64,000 bases of DNA from Oikopleura dioica (taxonomy: Eukaryota > Animalia > Chordata), in NCBI GenBank assembly GCA_907165135.1, contig OU015566.1, forward strand, positions 6,138,001-6,202,000, read 5' to 3'. Of the stretch, positions 47,423 through 58,949 are shown in pieces. Positions within the stretch are counted from its first letter, which is position 1; every line of letters starts with the position of its first letter. The translations under genes were made by a program, and so were the position numbers. The notes beneath the pieces were generated by a model. The model searched no databases. It was given only the letters and a program-made list of their open reading frames with translations, and was not told the origin of the DNA.

Positions 47423-47830
47423 CTACCTCTCTTTTCTCACTTCCAATACCGCCGACAAAGAAGAAATTCTACTTGTTGCATCAAAAGTGTTGAAAACCAG
47501 CTCTAAAAAACATTTATTTTGACAACAAAGAAGAGTACAAAAAAAAGATAAATAAAGAAAGAAATGTCGGAAAGAAACGTCGACGTTGTCCGGAAGGGAC
47601 TTGTTCTCCTTGACGTCCAAGATGGTAGACGGACGAAGGGCGATTTTGTCCTCATTCTTATTGACCCAAGCACTGTGCTCATCGCCGTTAAAGACGATGC
47701 CAAGGTGCGGGCCAGATGGAGCAACGCGAGCCGAGCACAAGAGACGACCATTGTCGCTGATCGCGAATCCCAAATCGCTGGGTGGGCCCATCCTCTGTTG
47801 CTGTCTTCCGAATAAGAACAATCGACGATA
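47423..47830 (-). pseudogene. Exon-2 remnant of the LTR-associated small gene family
   Basis: GPPSDLGFAISDNGRLLCS...HLGIVFNGDEHSAW aligns with the 50.0 kb and 51.6 kb frames; fused directly to the LTR fragment. Confidence 0.55.
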
Positions 47831-47837
47831 ATGATAT

Positions 47838-47944
47838 GCTCAGAATGCAATTATCTGAACGCAGGACCTAATTATAGGAATGACAGTGGCCGTGCATCCA
47901 GCTACTGTCTACAACTGTCTTTAACAGATAAGCTTTTTACACAC
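47838..47944 (-). mobile_element. Partial LTR-like repeat, inverted
   Basis: Reverse complement matches the first ~110 bp of the 45654 repeat (tgtgtaaaaagcttatctgt...gataattgcattctgag). Confidence 0.75.
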
Positions 47945-48320
47945 TGTACTTTAGCCTCCTAAAGTTGTCAGCGAAATTCTACGAAGAATTTTGATCAAAT
48001 ATCTACTGAGTTAACGAATAGTGAGCTTTTGAAATCTAATTAAGCGCGAAAGGTGCTAGTTTCAGAGAAAAATGAGAATCTGCACGAGCTCAACTTTTTT
48101 TCGAGGAGCATTTTTCCGTTGTAATGCGTTTCCTCTTCGCTTTAATTGAGATCTTTGACGTTTTGATGAGGTTTCTGCATTTGATGGATGATGTTGGAAG
48201 TCCTGATGAGAAAATGTCGGTATCAGCAGGTGGCGGTGTAAGAAGTGTGCATAAAACTGCTGGTATTTTCTGCAGAATCACCACTTTCCGAAAAATTAAA
48301 CTTTTCCGAAAATCTTCAAG

Positions 48321-48761
48321 ATGTCTGAGCCAGCCACGAATAACTTTTGCAAAACGCTCAATGTAGCTGCTGACCTTCTTTTTACGGAGATGACGAAGCA
48401 TTACAACTTTCTAGAGGACTTGTCCAGGAACAATGCGCTCCTCATCTATGATGACACCGAGACGAGATACGCTGAAGTTTTCCAGGTGATTTTTCGTTTT
48501 TCTATTGATCTTGTTTCTTGAAATGTTTATCTTCAGGGTTATTCTGCCGACCGTGTCTGGAGTCCAGTTCTTTTGAGTCGTGATAGTTCCGTTAAAAATC
48601 CTCTGAAGGACTGGGTGCGCTTTCCGATGACTCAAGGGTATGTTCTTCTTTGTAACCCGGCTGGCAAGCTCTTCGTGAGCCAAGTAGGAGTTCTAGCGGG
48701 TCCGATTATTGCTTGCAGCTTCTGCAAGCACAACAACGGATGGAAGACGGGCAGCCACTAA
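48321..48761 (+). CDS. Intact two-exon member (~129 aa) of the LTR-associated small gene family
   Basis: Exon 1 48321-48485 (FCKTLNVAADLLFTEMTKHYNFL...NALLIYDD), GT-AG intron 48486-48536, exon 2 in frame to the stop at 48761. Confidence 0.65.
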
Positions 48762-48821
48762 TGATTCGACGTTTCCCGCCAAAAGGCCTTAAGAAATCAC
48801 TAGAATCAGCGAATAGGAAAA

Positions 48822-49070
48822 TCAAACCTGAATCAAGGCCCCGTTTGACGTTGGCTTCCGGACAGATTCACCATCCAAAATAAGCATCTCGTTGTCTTTG
48901 GCGTACCGGAGATAAAAGGGTTGAAGTTCAACGAGTTTCTTGAAGATCGCGTCCCCGACCTCGTTGAATTTCGTGACAAAACCGGAAGTTACTCGATCAC
49001 TCATTTGTCGTGGAAAAAGTCCTTGGTTGCCCGTGGAAATTCTTGAAAAAGAATGATTTCTAAACATCAA
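48822..49070 (-). pseudogene. Exon-1 remnant of the same small gene family
   Basis: FVTKFNEVGDAIFKKLVELQPFYLRYAKDNEMLILDG aligns with exon 1 of 48321; followed by a donor, but exon 2 is missing. Confidence 0.55.
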
Positions 49071-49419
49071 ACACGATATTTTATCAGCCTACGGAAGAAC
49101 GCCATCAAGTGGGAGAAGAGAGCTGCACCTGTTGTCAAAAAATCACTCTTCAAAAGACAAAATCTAATCAAAAAGCCAATCAACAAACGGAAGACCTTTA
49201 TTGCCACCGAAGAATGAAAAACAATTCTGAAAGATAAGTTTTGAAACCGTGCCAACCTAATTTAACCTCTGAACTTACCTTAGATTTTCCTTCCCAATTA
49301 TCTTTCCAATCAACGTTTCTTCCTTTATTACTTTCGCTAATCAAGCTGACTTGAATCTGCATTTATTCTGAACAAATTCCGTAGAAATTAGTTCTTTCCG
49401 TAAGGGGGTGGAGTAAGGG

Positions 49420-49790
49420 TGTAAAACTACTGTTGCTTAGCCTTAGCGTCCTGTAACCCGACTGTATCTCAGAAGGCATCCTTCTGATTAGAAAAAGGCT
49501 CTAAATTAGTCTCGTGCCTCGGGCCGAGCTAATTGCTGATTTCTCTGAACTTTGTCTCTCAACAAAATATCTTGATTTTTGAAATAAACAACTCTACTCT
49601 CCACTCCAAAGCTGACTCTTCCTTGTCTTCAAAGCAAAGCATCCCAGTATTAGGTTTAGCTTAGATACAGTATATTTACACCTATAGTATGTGTGTAAAA
49701 AGCTTATCTGTTATTGCATTTTGAGCAGGCGGACTCAACTAAAGAGCTTACTATCGATTTCTCAGACTAAAAAAACCTCATTTGCGTCAG
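49420..49790 (+). mobile_element. Polypurine tract + complete 261-bp LTR-like repeat + partial second LTR
   Basis: aagggggtggagtaaggg immediately precedes tgtaaa(49420)...tttaca(49680); the 3' half (gaaataaacaactctact...aagcatcccagtat) matches the 45.6 kb repeats; another tgtgtaaaaagcttatc follows. Confidence 0.75.
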
Positions 49791-49965
49791 GCTCAAGAAA
49801 AAGGTCGTTATATAAAATGTTTACTTACCCACAGAAAAACAACAACTTGCTGCAACCGGTCCTCTGAAGGATCCTGCAGAAAGACAGGAAAAAAGAAGAT
49901 AAAGAAAAACAGTTGGACAACAAAGAAGATATGAAGACGACGAATAGCTTCTGCAGCAGAAGTAT

Positions 49966-50459
49966 TCAAACCTGTGGACCCCAGACGACAGCGCTGGAAA
50001 TCCAGGCCTTGTTGTCGTCGTTGTTGCTCCAGGCATTTTCCAGATCGCCTCCATAAGTGACGCAAATGACGCTTCCTTTCTTCACTTTGTCGTCACTGGC
50101 AAGAAGACGGCCACTTTCTGACAGGATCAGATGGACTTCTGTCTGCTTGGAGCTAATGGGCATTACGTCTAGGCCCACGAGAGAATTGCTGCAGTCATCA
50201 AAATATTTTGACAAGCAGACAGGTTCTCACTACGAGTGGAAACTTTAGAAATGAGATAGATCGATTATTCCATGGAATGAAGTACCTTGTACACCATGCC
50301 TTTGTCGTCGAGGTTTTTCATCTCTCCGACATCAGAAATGACAATTTGATTACCGATGTTATAATCCCAGAAAAATGGTTTGATTTAAATAATCTTCGCA
50401 AAAATCATTTGAGCACGGTGGTGCATAGAATTCAGGAGCTCGTCTCTGAAATGCTCCAT
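49966..50459 (-). pseudogene. Two-exon member of the same family with a nonsense codon
   Basis: MEHFRDELL...MIFAKII*IKPFFWDYNIGNQIVISD, intron, then VHLILSESGRLLASDDKVKKGSVICVTYGGDL. PPT + LTR start upstream at 50864-50930. Confidence 0.6.
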
Positions 50460-50959
50460 TTTTCTACGGCTTAGTCTTGTGAATGATAATAATTTTCTCC
50501 AATATGGATAGTGATGACTTTTGGAAAATCAACCGTCATTTTTATCAGTCAAAGGAACAACGACATCAAGTGGGAGACGATAGCTAGATCTTTACCAAGA
50601 AAATCAAACCTTCAGAAGACGAATTTAATCATAAAGACAATCAACGAACGACATTATTTTATTTGCGACGAAGAGTTAGAAACAATTCTAAAGATGAGTA
50701 TTTAAAATCGTGCCAAACTAATATTTAAAGTCTGAATTAACCTTAAATTTTCCTTTTCAATTATCTTTCAAATCAACGTTCCTTCCTTAATTACTTTTTT
50801 TAATCAATGTCTCTTAAATCTTCATTTATTCTGAACAAATTCAGTAGAAATTAGTTCTTTCTGTAAGGGGGTGGAGTACGGGTGTAAAACAACTGTAGCT
50901 TAGCGTTTGCTTACTGTAACTCGACTGTATCTCATGATCGGATTGAGAATCTAAGACGT

Positions 50960-52090
50960 TGGTTTGGTTTACAAAGACTTTCCCTGACGGATTCGCTAGA
51001 ATAACTTAGCTTTCGGACATTTTCAAGACAGACCAATTTTTCAATGGATCTTCTTTAGATGAAGTAAAGCGCGATAACAGAACTGGCGACCAGATGGTAT
51101 CCGCCGATGTCCGGAAATAGTCCTGAAGTTCACGATTCGTAGAAAATGGAAAATATTCACCTTGAAGATCTGAGTGTTGTAATAACCATATTCAGTCTCA
51201 TCAAAAATCACGAGCTGATTATTGACGGCTCTTGCTTCTAGAAATAAGAGCTTTTCTTCATCTCCTCAAAAAGTATATCCGCGGCTTGATCTAATGTCTC
51301 AGCGAAGTCTTGGTTTCGAGTATCGCTAGATGACCGTGCTCGCCATCAAGCATTTGCGGTCATCGTGGTTGGACCAGCTAGATTCAAGGTCTCCCCCATA
51401 TGTGACGCAAATAGCGCTGCCCTTTTTCAACTTTTCATCGCTGGCAGATTTTTCTGTTTTATACAATTCTTCGTGTGAATTGAGATCCTTCTCCAAATTT
51501 GCAACTCCCGGAAAAGAAGCGAAGGAAAGAAATATAAGGAGAAATATTGAAGTTGGCCGGCTTGAAGGTAGCTAGTTCTCAAGATACTCCCAAATGGTAA
51601 AGGGCGCACACCGAACTTGTCGGCATCGTTGCTAGTTCAGACGCTGTGCTCTGTTCCGTTGTATGCGATTCGGATATGAGTCTCAAACTGATGAGTTCGG
51701 CCGAATTGAGCCTCAATTATTGTCAATAATTTATTGAGGAAGCGCCTCTCATTGCTGATCGCAAAGCCTACATTGCTTGTTGGCCCAACGAAGAAGTTTG
51801 TAGTCAAGATGGTGGGATTATTCGCCTTAGCGTCAAAAGGACTGCACAATAAAGGCAGTCATTCATTGGCCAGAGGGCCTCAAAGAAAATACGAAATCGG
51901 CAAAATCAAACCTGAATCAGGGCTTATGAGAAATTGGATTCCGTACTAATTCATCATCAAGAATCAACATCCTAATCTCCAACCTCTATGAATTTGGAAA
52001 CGAAACCCATAGATCATTCATGGCTCTGGGGCTTAAAGTCTTTGGTTGCCCTTGAGAAATTTTCGAAAGAAAATGATTTTGGAAACATCA
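50960..52090 (-). pseudogene. Two further degenerate members of the same family
   Basis: QDFAETLDQAADILFEEMKK at ~51250-51320; GPTSNVGFAISNERRFL (ORF 51637-51849); exon-1-like sequence at 51930-52090; degenerate PPT/LTR start at ~52219-52250. Confidence 0.55.
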
Positions 52091-53584
52091 TAAACGATAT
52101 TTACTCGCTGAAGTTTCCAACACTTTTTCTTCTTGAATTACTTTTTCGTATCAGCGTGTCTTAAATCTGCATTTTTCTCTGAGAAAAAAACTTCTCGTAG
52201 AAACTAAGTTGACTTGTTGGGTTTGGAGTATGGTGGTAAACAACTGTCGCATATTGTCATCTCGATGCATCGATATATCGATATATCGATCTTACCACGT
52301 CAAGTTTCCTTTGAGATTGAAAATGATACAAGAAAATTGATTTTTTTCCATAAAAAAAGCAATCAAAAGGGGCAAATTTAATTTTGAGAAAAACAAACGA
52401 GCAAAAAAATTTTTTGCTGAAAAATTTCTTGTTTAGGCTACCTTGCTATAAGGAGAGGTGTCAGAAACCGACATAAAAATTCCGACAAATTTCGCGTGAA
52501 AGTTTTCAACCAGATTTTTGATATTCTGGTAGGATTGAAAGCCGGAAAGTGAACTTTGAGAAAAACAAGTCGCTTCAATTTTATTTATTTTTTAGAGAAT
52601 GCAGTAGCCATCAATGACAGGCGTGATAAAAAGTACTGGGAATTGAGTTCTAGCAGTTTGGTTCGCAACAATGTTTATCCAAATTATTTCTTCTTTTGTA
52701 GAATTGAAATCTTTTAACGCTTCGAAAACAAGCAATTATTAGATATAATTAGATATAATTTCGACGCAATGACCTAAATCTATTTTTTGAATCGGAGAAG
52801 CCGGTAATTTTGAATTTTGGTAAAGCCCTGGTATGACATAAATTGAGTTTTCCAGAAGAATCGATGAGTGGTAAATAACACCCTGAAACAAGGTGAAATT
52901 TAATACCTTAGTGGAAGAACGACAAACCTCTAAGAGAGAGTCGATTCGTTTCCAGTTGTCGTCTTTCAATCGCCAAATATCTTTCAGATATCCATGTGAA
53001 ATAGTATTGATACCTCCAATAGTCAAAACAGAACCTGAAGGGAGTCCGACTGTAGAAAAAGACGCAATCCATCTTAATTATTTTCTAACTCTGTTTATTT
53101 TTTTTCTTACTTAGGATGTTTTTTTAAATAGATCCAGCCTTCTTCCTCAGTCAAAGTTTCAACTGCTCCTTTTGCACGAAAACCTCCGATTGCTGTCGGA
53201 CGACTGTTATAAAGGGTTAGTTGACCTTGCCAATGCAATGCTCCGAATTCAGAAGAAATTTTTTCGACTTTCGTTCCATCGAAAATCTCGCAGAATGTCA
53301 ATTCATCTAGCCAACTAAAACAGATCATTGCTTAAAAATAAGATGAAATAAGGATTGATTTCCTGGTGCACTGCACCTTTATTTCCTCCGTCCAGAGTTA
53401 TAACTCCGTGACCACTTTTATACTCGGAAATGAGTTGGACATTTAACTCGGAGAAATAGCATCCATCTAATCGGGATATCTAAAAATTTTTATCAATTTT
53501 CTCGAAATAAATTTCCTTACTCTTGTTATACTATTACGTCCACCAAATAAGTAAAGCTGATCTTTAACTAGTGCGTGTCTAGAT

Positions 53585-53976
53585 CAGAGTTGCAAATTTA
53601 GTCTTTTTTTGCTGAGCTGAGTAGAAATTTCGCTTGTTGAGCTGAGCTGAGCTGGAATTTTTGAGAAGTCATTGAGCTGAGCTGAGCAGAGTTTTTTGAA
53701 GGCTGTTGAGCGGAGCTGAATTGAGCACTCACAATTCTGAGCTGAGCTGAGCATGTTTTTACTGTAGTAAAAATGGCAAAATTGTGTGAGCTGAGCTTAG
53801 CTGGTTCTCTCATCATTGAATCGAGCTGAGCTGAGCTGACTTGTCTCAAAATTCATCGACTTGAGCTGACCTGAGCAGGTTATTTAAGAAATCATTGAGC
53901 TGAGCTGACCTGAGCAGATTCTCTTCTGAAAATTGCAGTCGCTCAGCTAGCTCAGCTCACTAAATTTGCAACTCTG
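53585..53976. mobile_element. hAT (Charlie/Buster-type) MITE filled with (GAGCT)n pentamers, inserted in an exon
   Basis: Perfect 18-bp TIR cagagttgcaaatttagt / actaaatttgcaactctg; 8-bp TSD gtctagat / gtctagaa matches the nTCTAGAn preference of Charlie-type hATs. Confidence 0.9.
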
Positions 53977-55231
53977 GTCTAGAATCTTCCGTATATTTGG
54001 AAACTTCTCTGTAATACCCAAAGGAGGGACGAAAGGATATATTTTCTACTGATCCATCCTTTAATGCGTATGGTGCGTAATTTTCTTTTTCATGTGGGAG
54101 AAGAACATTTATCTGCTTTGATTTGTCGATTGAATAAATAAAATTTTTGATTTTTGTGCTCCGGTCAAACTTGTAAATTCTGATTTTCTTGGCAGTTGTT
54201 GCCAAGTTCATTTCAATTTGAGATTTTTCTTCGCTTTTTTTCCCAAAATTCTGATCGAGTTTCAATTATTTTATCCGAAGACTTCGAAAATCTTTAAAAT
54301 CAAAATGTAACCGTTCCTCAATTATTTCAAGAACTGATGATTCCGAAGAACGATTTGTACTGAAATACAGTCCCAACTTCTTCAGCTTTTGTGAATGCAA
54401 TTTCAAAAGAGAAGGCTCAGCCTTCCGAAAGTAGTCCGAATCGATCCAAATCGACCCATTCCCATAAATCCCGAGATTTAAAAGAGCAGTTCCATCGAAA
54501 AAGTGAAATGCTAAAATTTCCACTTTTTTACGTTTAGGCTGGAAATCGATTGAAAATTCAAGATTTTCTGTTCCGTTGAGTTTGATTGGAATTGTTGAAA
54601 TATGAGTTAATTCTGCAAGCGAAGAAAAGAAGTTATCGGGTATAATTGTTGTATGGTACATGTTCGGGCGAGGAAAACGCAGTTGATTAACAGCATTCTT
54701 TGCAAAGAGAGGGAAGACATCGTCGTGAAAGGAAAAGAAGGGATTGCTGGTCACATGCATTTTCTTCTTAAATTTCTGTTGAACGAACTCGAGCTCGACT
54801 TTTTCTGTTCATGGGATTTTAAAAATAAACAAGTAAGGCTATCATTTCTCTGGGAGAATTTAAATCCTTTCCGAAAATAAATTCCACTTCAAAAGTAGTG
54901 TCAAAAATATAACTCTGAATGTAGATCTTTTCATCATTGATCAGCCCGTTTCCAAAATATTCACATTCGTCGTTGATTATTCCACCCGGAGATGTATAGA
55001 AAGGATCATCGACGAACTTTGAAAACAATTGTGAGAAGCAGATTGAGTGTTCTTCGTAGTCAATAAGAGATCCGACCCACTCGCTCCCGATCGTGATCCA
55101 GCCTGCACCTTCTACCTTTAGTAATACCGAGTACAGTGTATTTGAAAGTGCAATACTCCTCGTGACGAGTATCAGTAGGAGTCTTTCCACATCTATCTTT
55201 TTTCAGTTTGAAACATGATCGCGCAAATTAG

Positions 55232-55627
55232 GGTAGTAGGGGCTTTCATTCGAGCTACGCCCCCGAGACCCCTCAACTAAGGCCTAAACCAGGGGGTAGA
55301 AGGGGGTTAACCGACCACTGACTCGACAAAAACTCGACCATCGACTGACCAACGACAAATCTCAATGTCGGGTTGGGTAGGTACCGACCATAGCCCGGCC
55401 AAAACCCGACAATGTCGATTTGGTCGAGTGTCGACGCCGACCCTAGGCTCCAGGAGGCATGTAGTGAATTCGAGGCAAGCTCGAAGGATAGCCCCTCACT
55501 ACGAGCCAGGGCCTTGTCTCCCGGCCTCCCCCTAAGAGTTCTCACTCACTGACCATAACCACTTGCCCAGATTCTAGAGATATTGGATGGCTCGAATCAA
55601 AGGCTAAAATGGTAGCCCCTCTCTACG
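55232..55627. mobile_element. GC-rich insertion with imperfect TIRs inside an exon of paralog B
   Basis: Ends gtagtaggggctttcattcgagc / gctcgaatcaaag...agcccctctctac. Removing it restores IEIYS-LICAIMFQ, which aligns with paralog A NSFCVIFFE. Confidence 0.6.
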
Positions 55628-57185
55628 GAATATATTTCAATCCGTTTCAATGGGACAACATGGACGGGATCCATGTCTCTATATTCAGCCGGCAATTGAA
55701 TATCGTCTTTTCTCCATCCTTTTTCCAATTCTTCGTCTTTTCTGATTTTATGCAGGGCAACGGTAGTCGAAAGTGTAAGATACTTGTTACCAAGCTCAAC
55801 ACTCATCAAAGTAAAGACTCCTCTAAAGCTAACGGAAGATGTCTTCGCGTTGAAATGGTTACTAGCAATATGGCCCTGTGCTTCTTCAAATTTACCCGAA
55901 TTGAAATCGGGAGCATAGTAGTAGCATTTATATTGCCTTTTCGTTGGTGAGCTTTTACTGCTCAAAAATTTAACTCACGTTAAAATATCTTCAAATTTTT
56001 GAACGTTTCAAATGACAATGACGGCAAACACTTTTCTTCCCTTTTCTTGGTAGCGACTCTCAATATGGTGAGTTCCGATAGACGCGCCAAAATGAAATAC
56101 GAAATATCCCCTATAAAAAGTAAGCTTCGTTTTTTTGGGAAAGACATAATCTTATCAGGGACCCCATTTATGAATACTTACAATCTCCGTCTTTTCAAAT
56201 CATTAGCAATTAGAGTTGTACCATTATTTTCAACCACCATCAGATCTCCCCAAACATCTACCAAATACTGTTTGCCCTGAAGAAAAGTAGCACCGAATGA
56301 CTTTTGCGTTTTCTGGATCTTGTTTATACTGTTATGAAGTCTTATCTGTAAATTTTAAAACGTTCATAAGGGAAGGAAGTATGTGATGAGCTCATGTTTA
56401 CTGGCATAGTTTTCCCATTCCAATCGGATAGAATAATAGGATACTGCTTCCAAATGTCTCTACTTGACCAACGGTCAGTTATTAATGTTGCATTATCAGG
56501 AATGTCGTCTTGGGAAATGGATGTGGTGGAGTTGATCCGTAAATCAAAAACGGGAACCATCTTCTGACGAGAACCGAGCTTTTCGCACTTGTAATAAGGA
56601 CAAGGACAGCCATTTTTGCAGTATTTCTGAGTTGGACAAACGGCTCCTGCAGCATCGGAAGATCGAGTCAGCGCGAAACAGATCGCCTCACAGGACGAGA
56701 TTGGATCCTTCTTCGTTGATTTCAAAACCAGCGTTGCTGAACAAAGATGACGGCACATTTTCTGGTCGTAAAACTGTTTCTTCTGACAGCGGATGAGATT
56801 CACTTCGTTGTCTTCTTTTGTAAAAACAGCAGCTTTTTCTTCTTTTGCTTTGATTTCGGAAACTGGCTCGGGAAAGATGAATTCTTCTGTTTCGTAGCAT
56901 TGCTTCATCAAATGTCCGCAAAAGTCCATGGTGTTCGTTCGAACGCATTTCTTATAATTTCGATGGCAAGTTGAAGTCAGAAAAAGGGTGGAAAAGTGGT
57001 GACGAAATTTATAATCGACAAAAAATCTGCGATAACTTTTCGTCGCACGATTGAAAAATTTTCCACCCTTGTCAGGAAAGTCGTCTGGGCTCGAGATCTT
57101 TCCAATGATACCACATTGGCTTAAATTGTTTAGTCGACTACCTAGGTAGTGTTTCTAGGGGCTAACGGTCGGTCTAGTACTAAAG

Positions 57186-57577
57186 CTTTGACCGTTTTAG
57201 TTTTCAAAAATTCCACTTTCGGCCCGATTCTAGAGCCGGAAGTTGACGAATTTGTGAGTTTGGCCAACTTGTGACCTATCAAATTGACTATCAGAAGGTT
57301 CTCTATCATCTGAGAGAAGAACCAATGCCGACTGCGGTCAAATTAACCGCTAAAAACAAAAAGAAAAATCACAAATTTATGCCTTTTTTCCTAGTTTTGC
57401 CGGTCGGTTTGACCGTGGTTGGGATGGTTTTTTTTAATGACTTGAAGATAAGATGACTCAAAATCTTCTGAGCATCAATTCGGTGGGTCACACTTTGCCT
57501 TAATCCCTATATTTCGTCAATTTGCGGCTCTAGAATCGGACCGGAAGTGGAATTTTTGAAAATTAAAACGGTCAAAG
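57186..57577. mobile_element. Foldback element with ~65-bp TIRs
   Basis: ctttgaccgttttagttttcaaaaattccact...ctagagccg pairs with cggctctagaatcggaccggaagtggaatttttgaaaattaaaacggtcaaag. Confidence 0.75.
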
Positions 57578-57658
57578 TTCTTAAAATTTCCTACTGATTC
57601 CAAATATGTATGGTATTCCCGGTACAGAAAGACATACAAAGAGAAATAACTTCCTTAA

Positions 57659-58338
57659 GGGTACGGGTGTCGGCTTTCTATCGCCCGTAATAATATGATG
57701 TGGACAAAAACAAAGTATTTTATCGAATTCTACAGAAAATTTAAGCTCGAGTCATAATTAATTGTCAGCTGCTATCATTGTTATTTTACGAAATATGCTC
57801 TCATAAAAAATTAACGAAAAAAAATTTTCGGCTCAGATTTTTTTCATCCAGGGCTTTTTAGAAAGCTTAGAAAATGAGGATCATCATGATATTCTCGGTT
57901 TTACGTGAATCTGTCTAAAAACATTTTTAGAGCCGAAAATGTGTCGCTCAGTTTCAAAAAATGCGAATTTTCGGTGTAATAACAAGGATAGTTTTTTTCA
58001 AAAAATCAAATTCCATACGAAATGTAATTCAATCTCAAAATTCTCTTGACAAAATTAAGATCAGAGTCTGAATTTTCACATAAAAATATAAAAAAGGTAT
58101 GTTTACAGGCTCATTTCTTCGGAATTGAAGCCTCTTTTAGGCCCATTTTCACCATTTTAGGTCGAGATCACGACTTCGAGCCAATTTTTAAAACAAAAAA
58201 TCTTTATAAATCCAAATTTTCTCTTGACAAAATGTAGAACTAGGATGGATCTTTGCTCTTAAGTAGGCGAATTTTTTCTACCACTTCTATATCCCGAGGA
58301 ATTGAGCCCTAGTTAGAGCCTCGCCGACACCCGTACCC
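57659..58338. mobile_element. TTAA-flanked MITE (680 bp)
   Basis: ttaa|gggtacgggtgtcggc ... gccgacacccgtaccc|ttaa. Confidence 0.88.
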
Positions 58339-58949
58339 TTAACCTTAAAAAAGCACGTCTTTGTGGCCCCCTAATAAGGGGTCTCCAAAGGAAGGAAATA
58401 TTATCCAACAAAAAGATAATAAGATACGATTGTCTGAATCCGCCCGAATGTATTGAAGACTACCTATAAGCATAACAGTAATCCAAAAAAGAGAGCCAAG
58501 TCCCAAGTACATATTTTGCTGTTTATCCGTACCGAACCCATGCTTTGCCAGGCTAGCTTTTTCTGATACTTTTTTCTTCCATGTTTTTTTATTCTTTGCT
58601 TTTTCTATGTCAGCTTTTTGCGTATTTATGCTTCTCGTGGTCAGAACTTTTTGAGTCAATAAGACGACTTTTCTTCCTTTTTTCCTCAAGACGCCAATAC
58701 AGTCGCAGTCAAGGCACTGTCATATTTTATTACCGAATTCGAGAAGTAAAAATTACCCTGACTCTGGTAGTTTTGAAGAACGCATTCACAATCCGTTCAG
58801 TTTCTTCTTCGATTACCATAGCGACTGATCTCTAGGGAAGAAACTTAAAGTCTGTAGTTTTTTTTCAGAAAAAGCTCTTTTTTATGAGCAACCGTCACTT
58901 CTTGCTCCGACAGCCAGACAGGAGGTTATCCTGCCATTCTGAGTTTTAA

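Larger units (their letters stand above)
52739..58819 (-). pseudogene. TM + Cys-rich + Kelch-like gene, paralog B, disrupted by several insertions
   Basis: MVIEEE...CLDCDCIGVLRKKG...TM; CPTQKYCKNGCPCPYYKC; HALVKDQLYLFGG, CEIFDG, PTAIGG, IWRLKDDNW. Insertions in exons at 55232-55627 and 53585-53976, plus a frameshift near 55200. Confidence 0.65.

Noticed and set aside
55273-55545. 90-aa ORF as a gene
   Set aside because: Lies within the GC-rich insertion; no ATG and no recognisable transposase motif.
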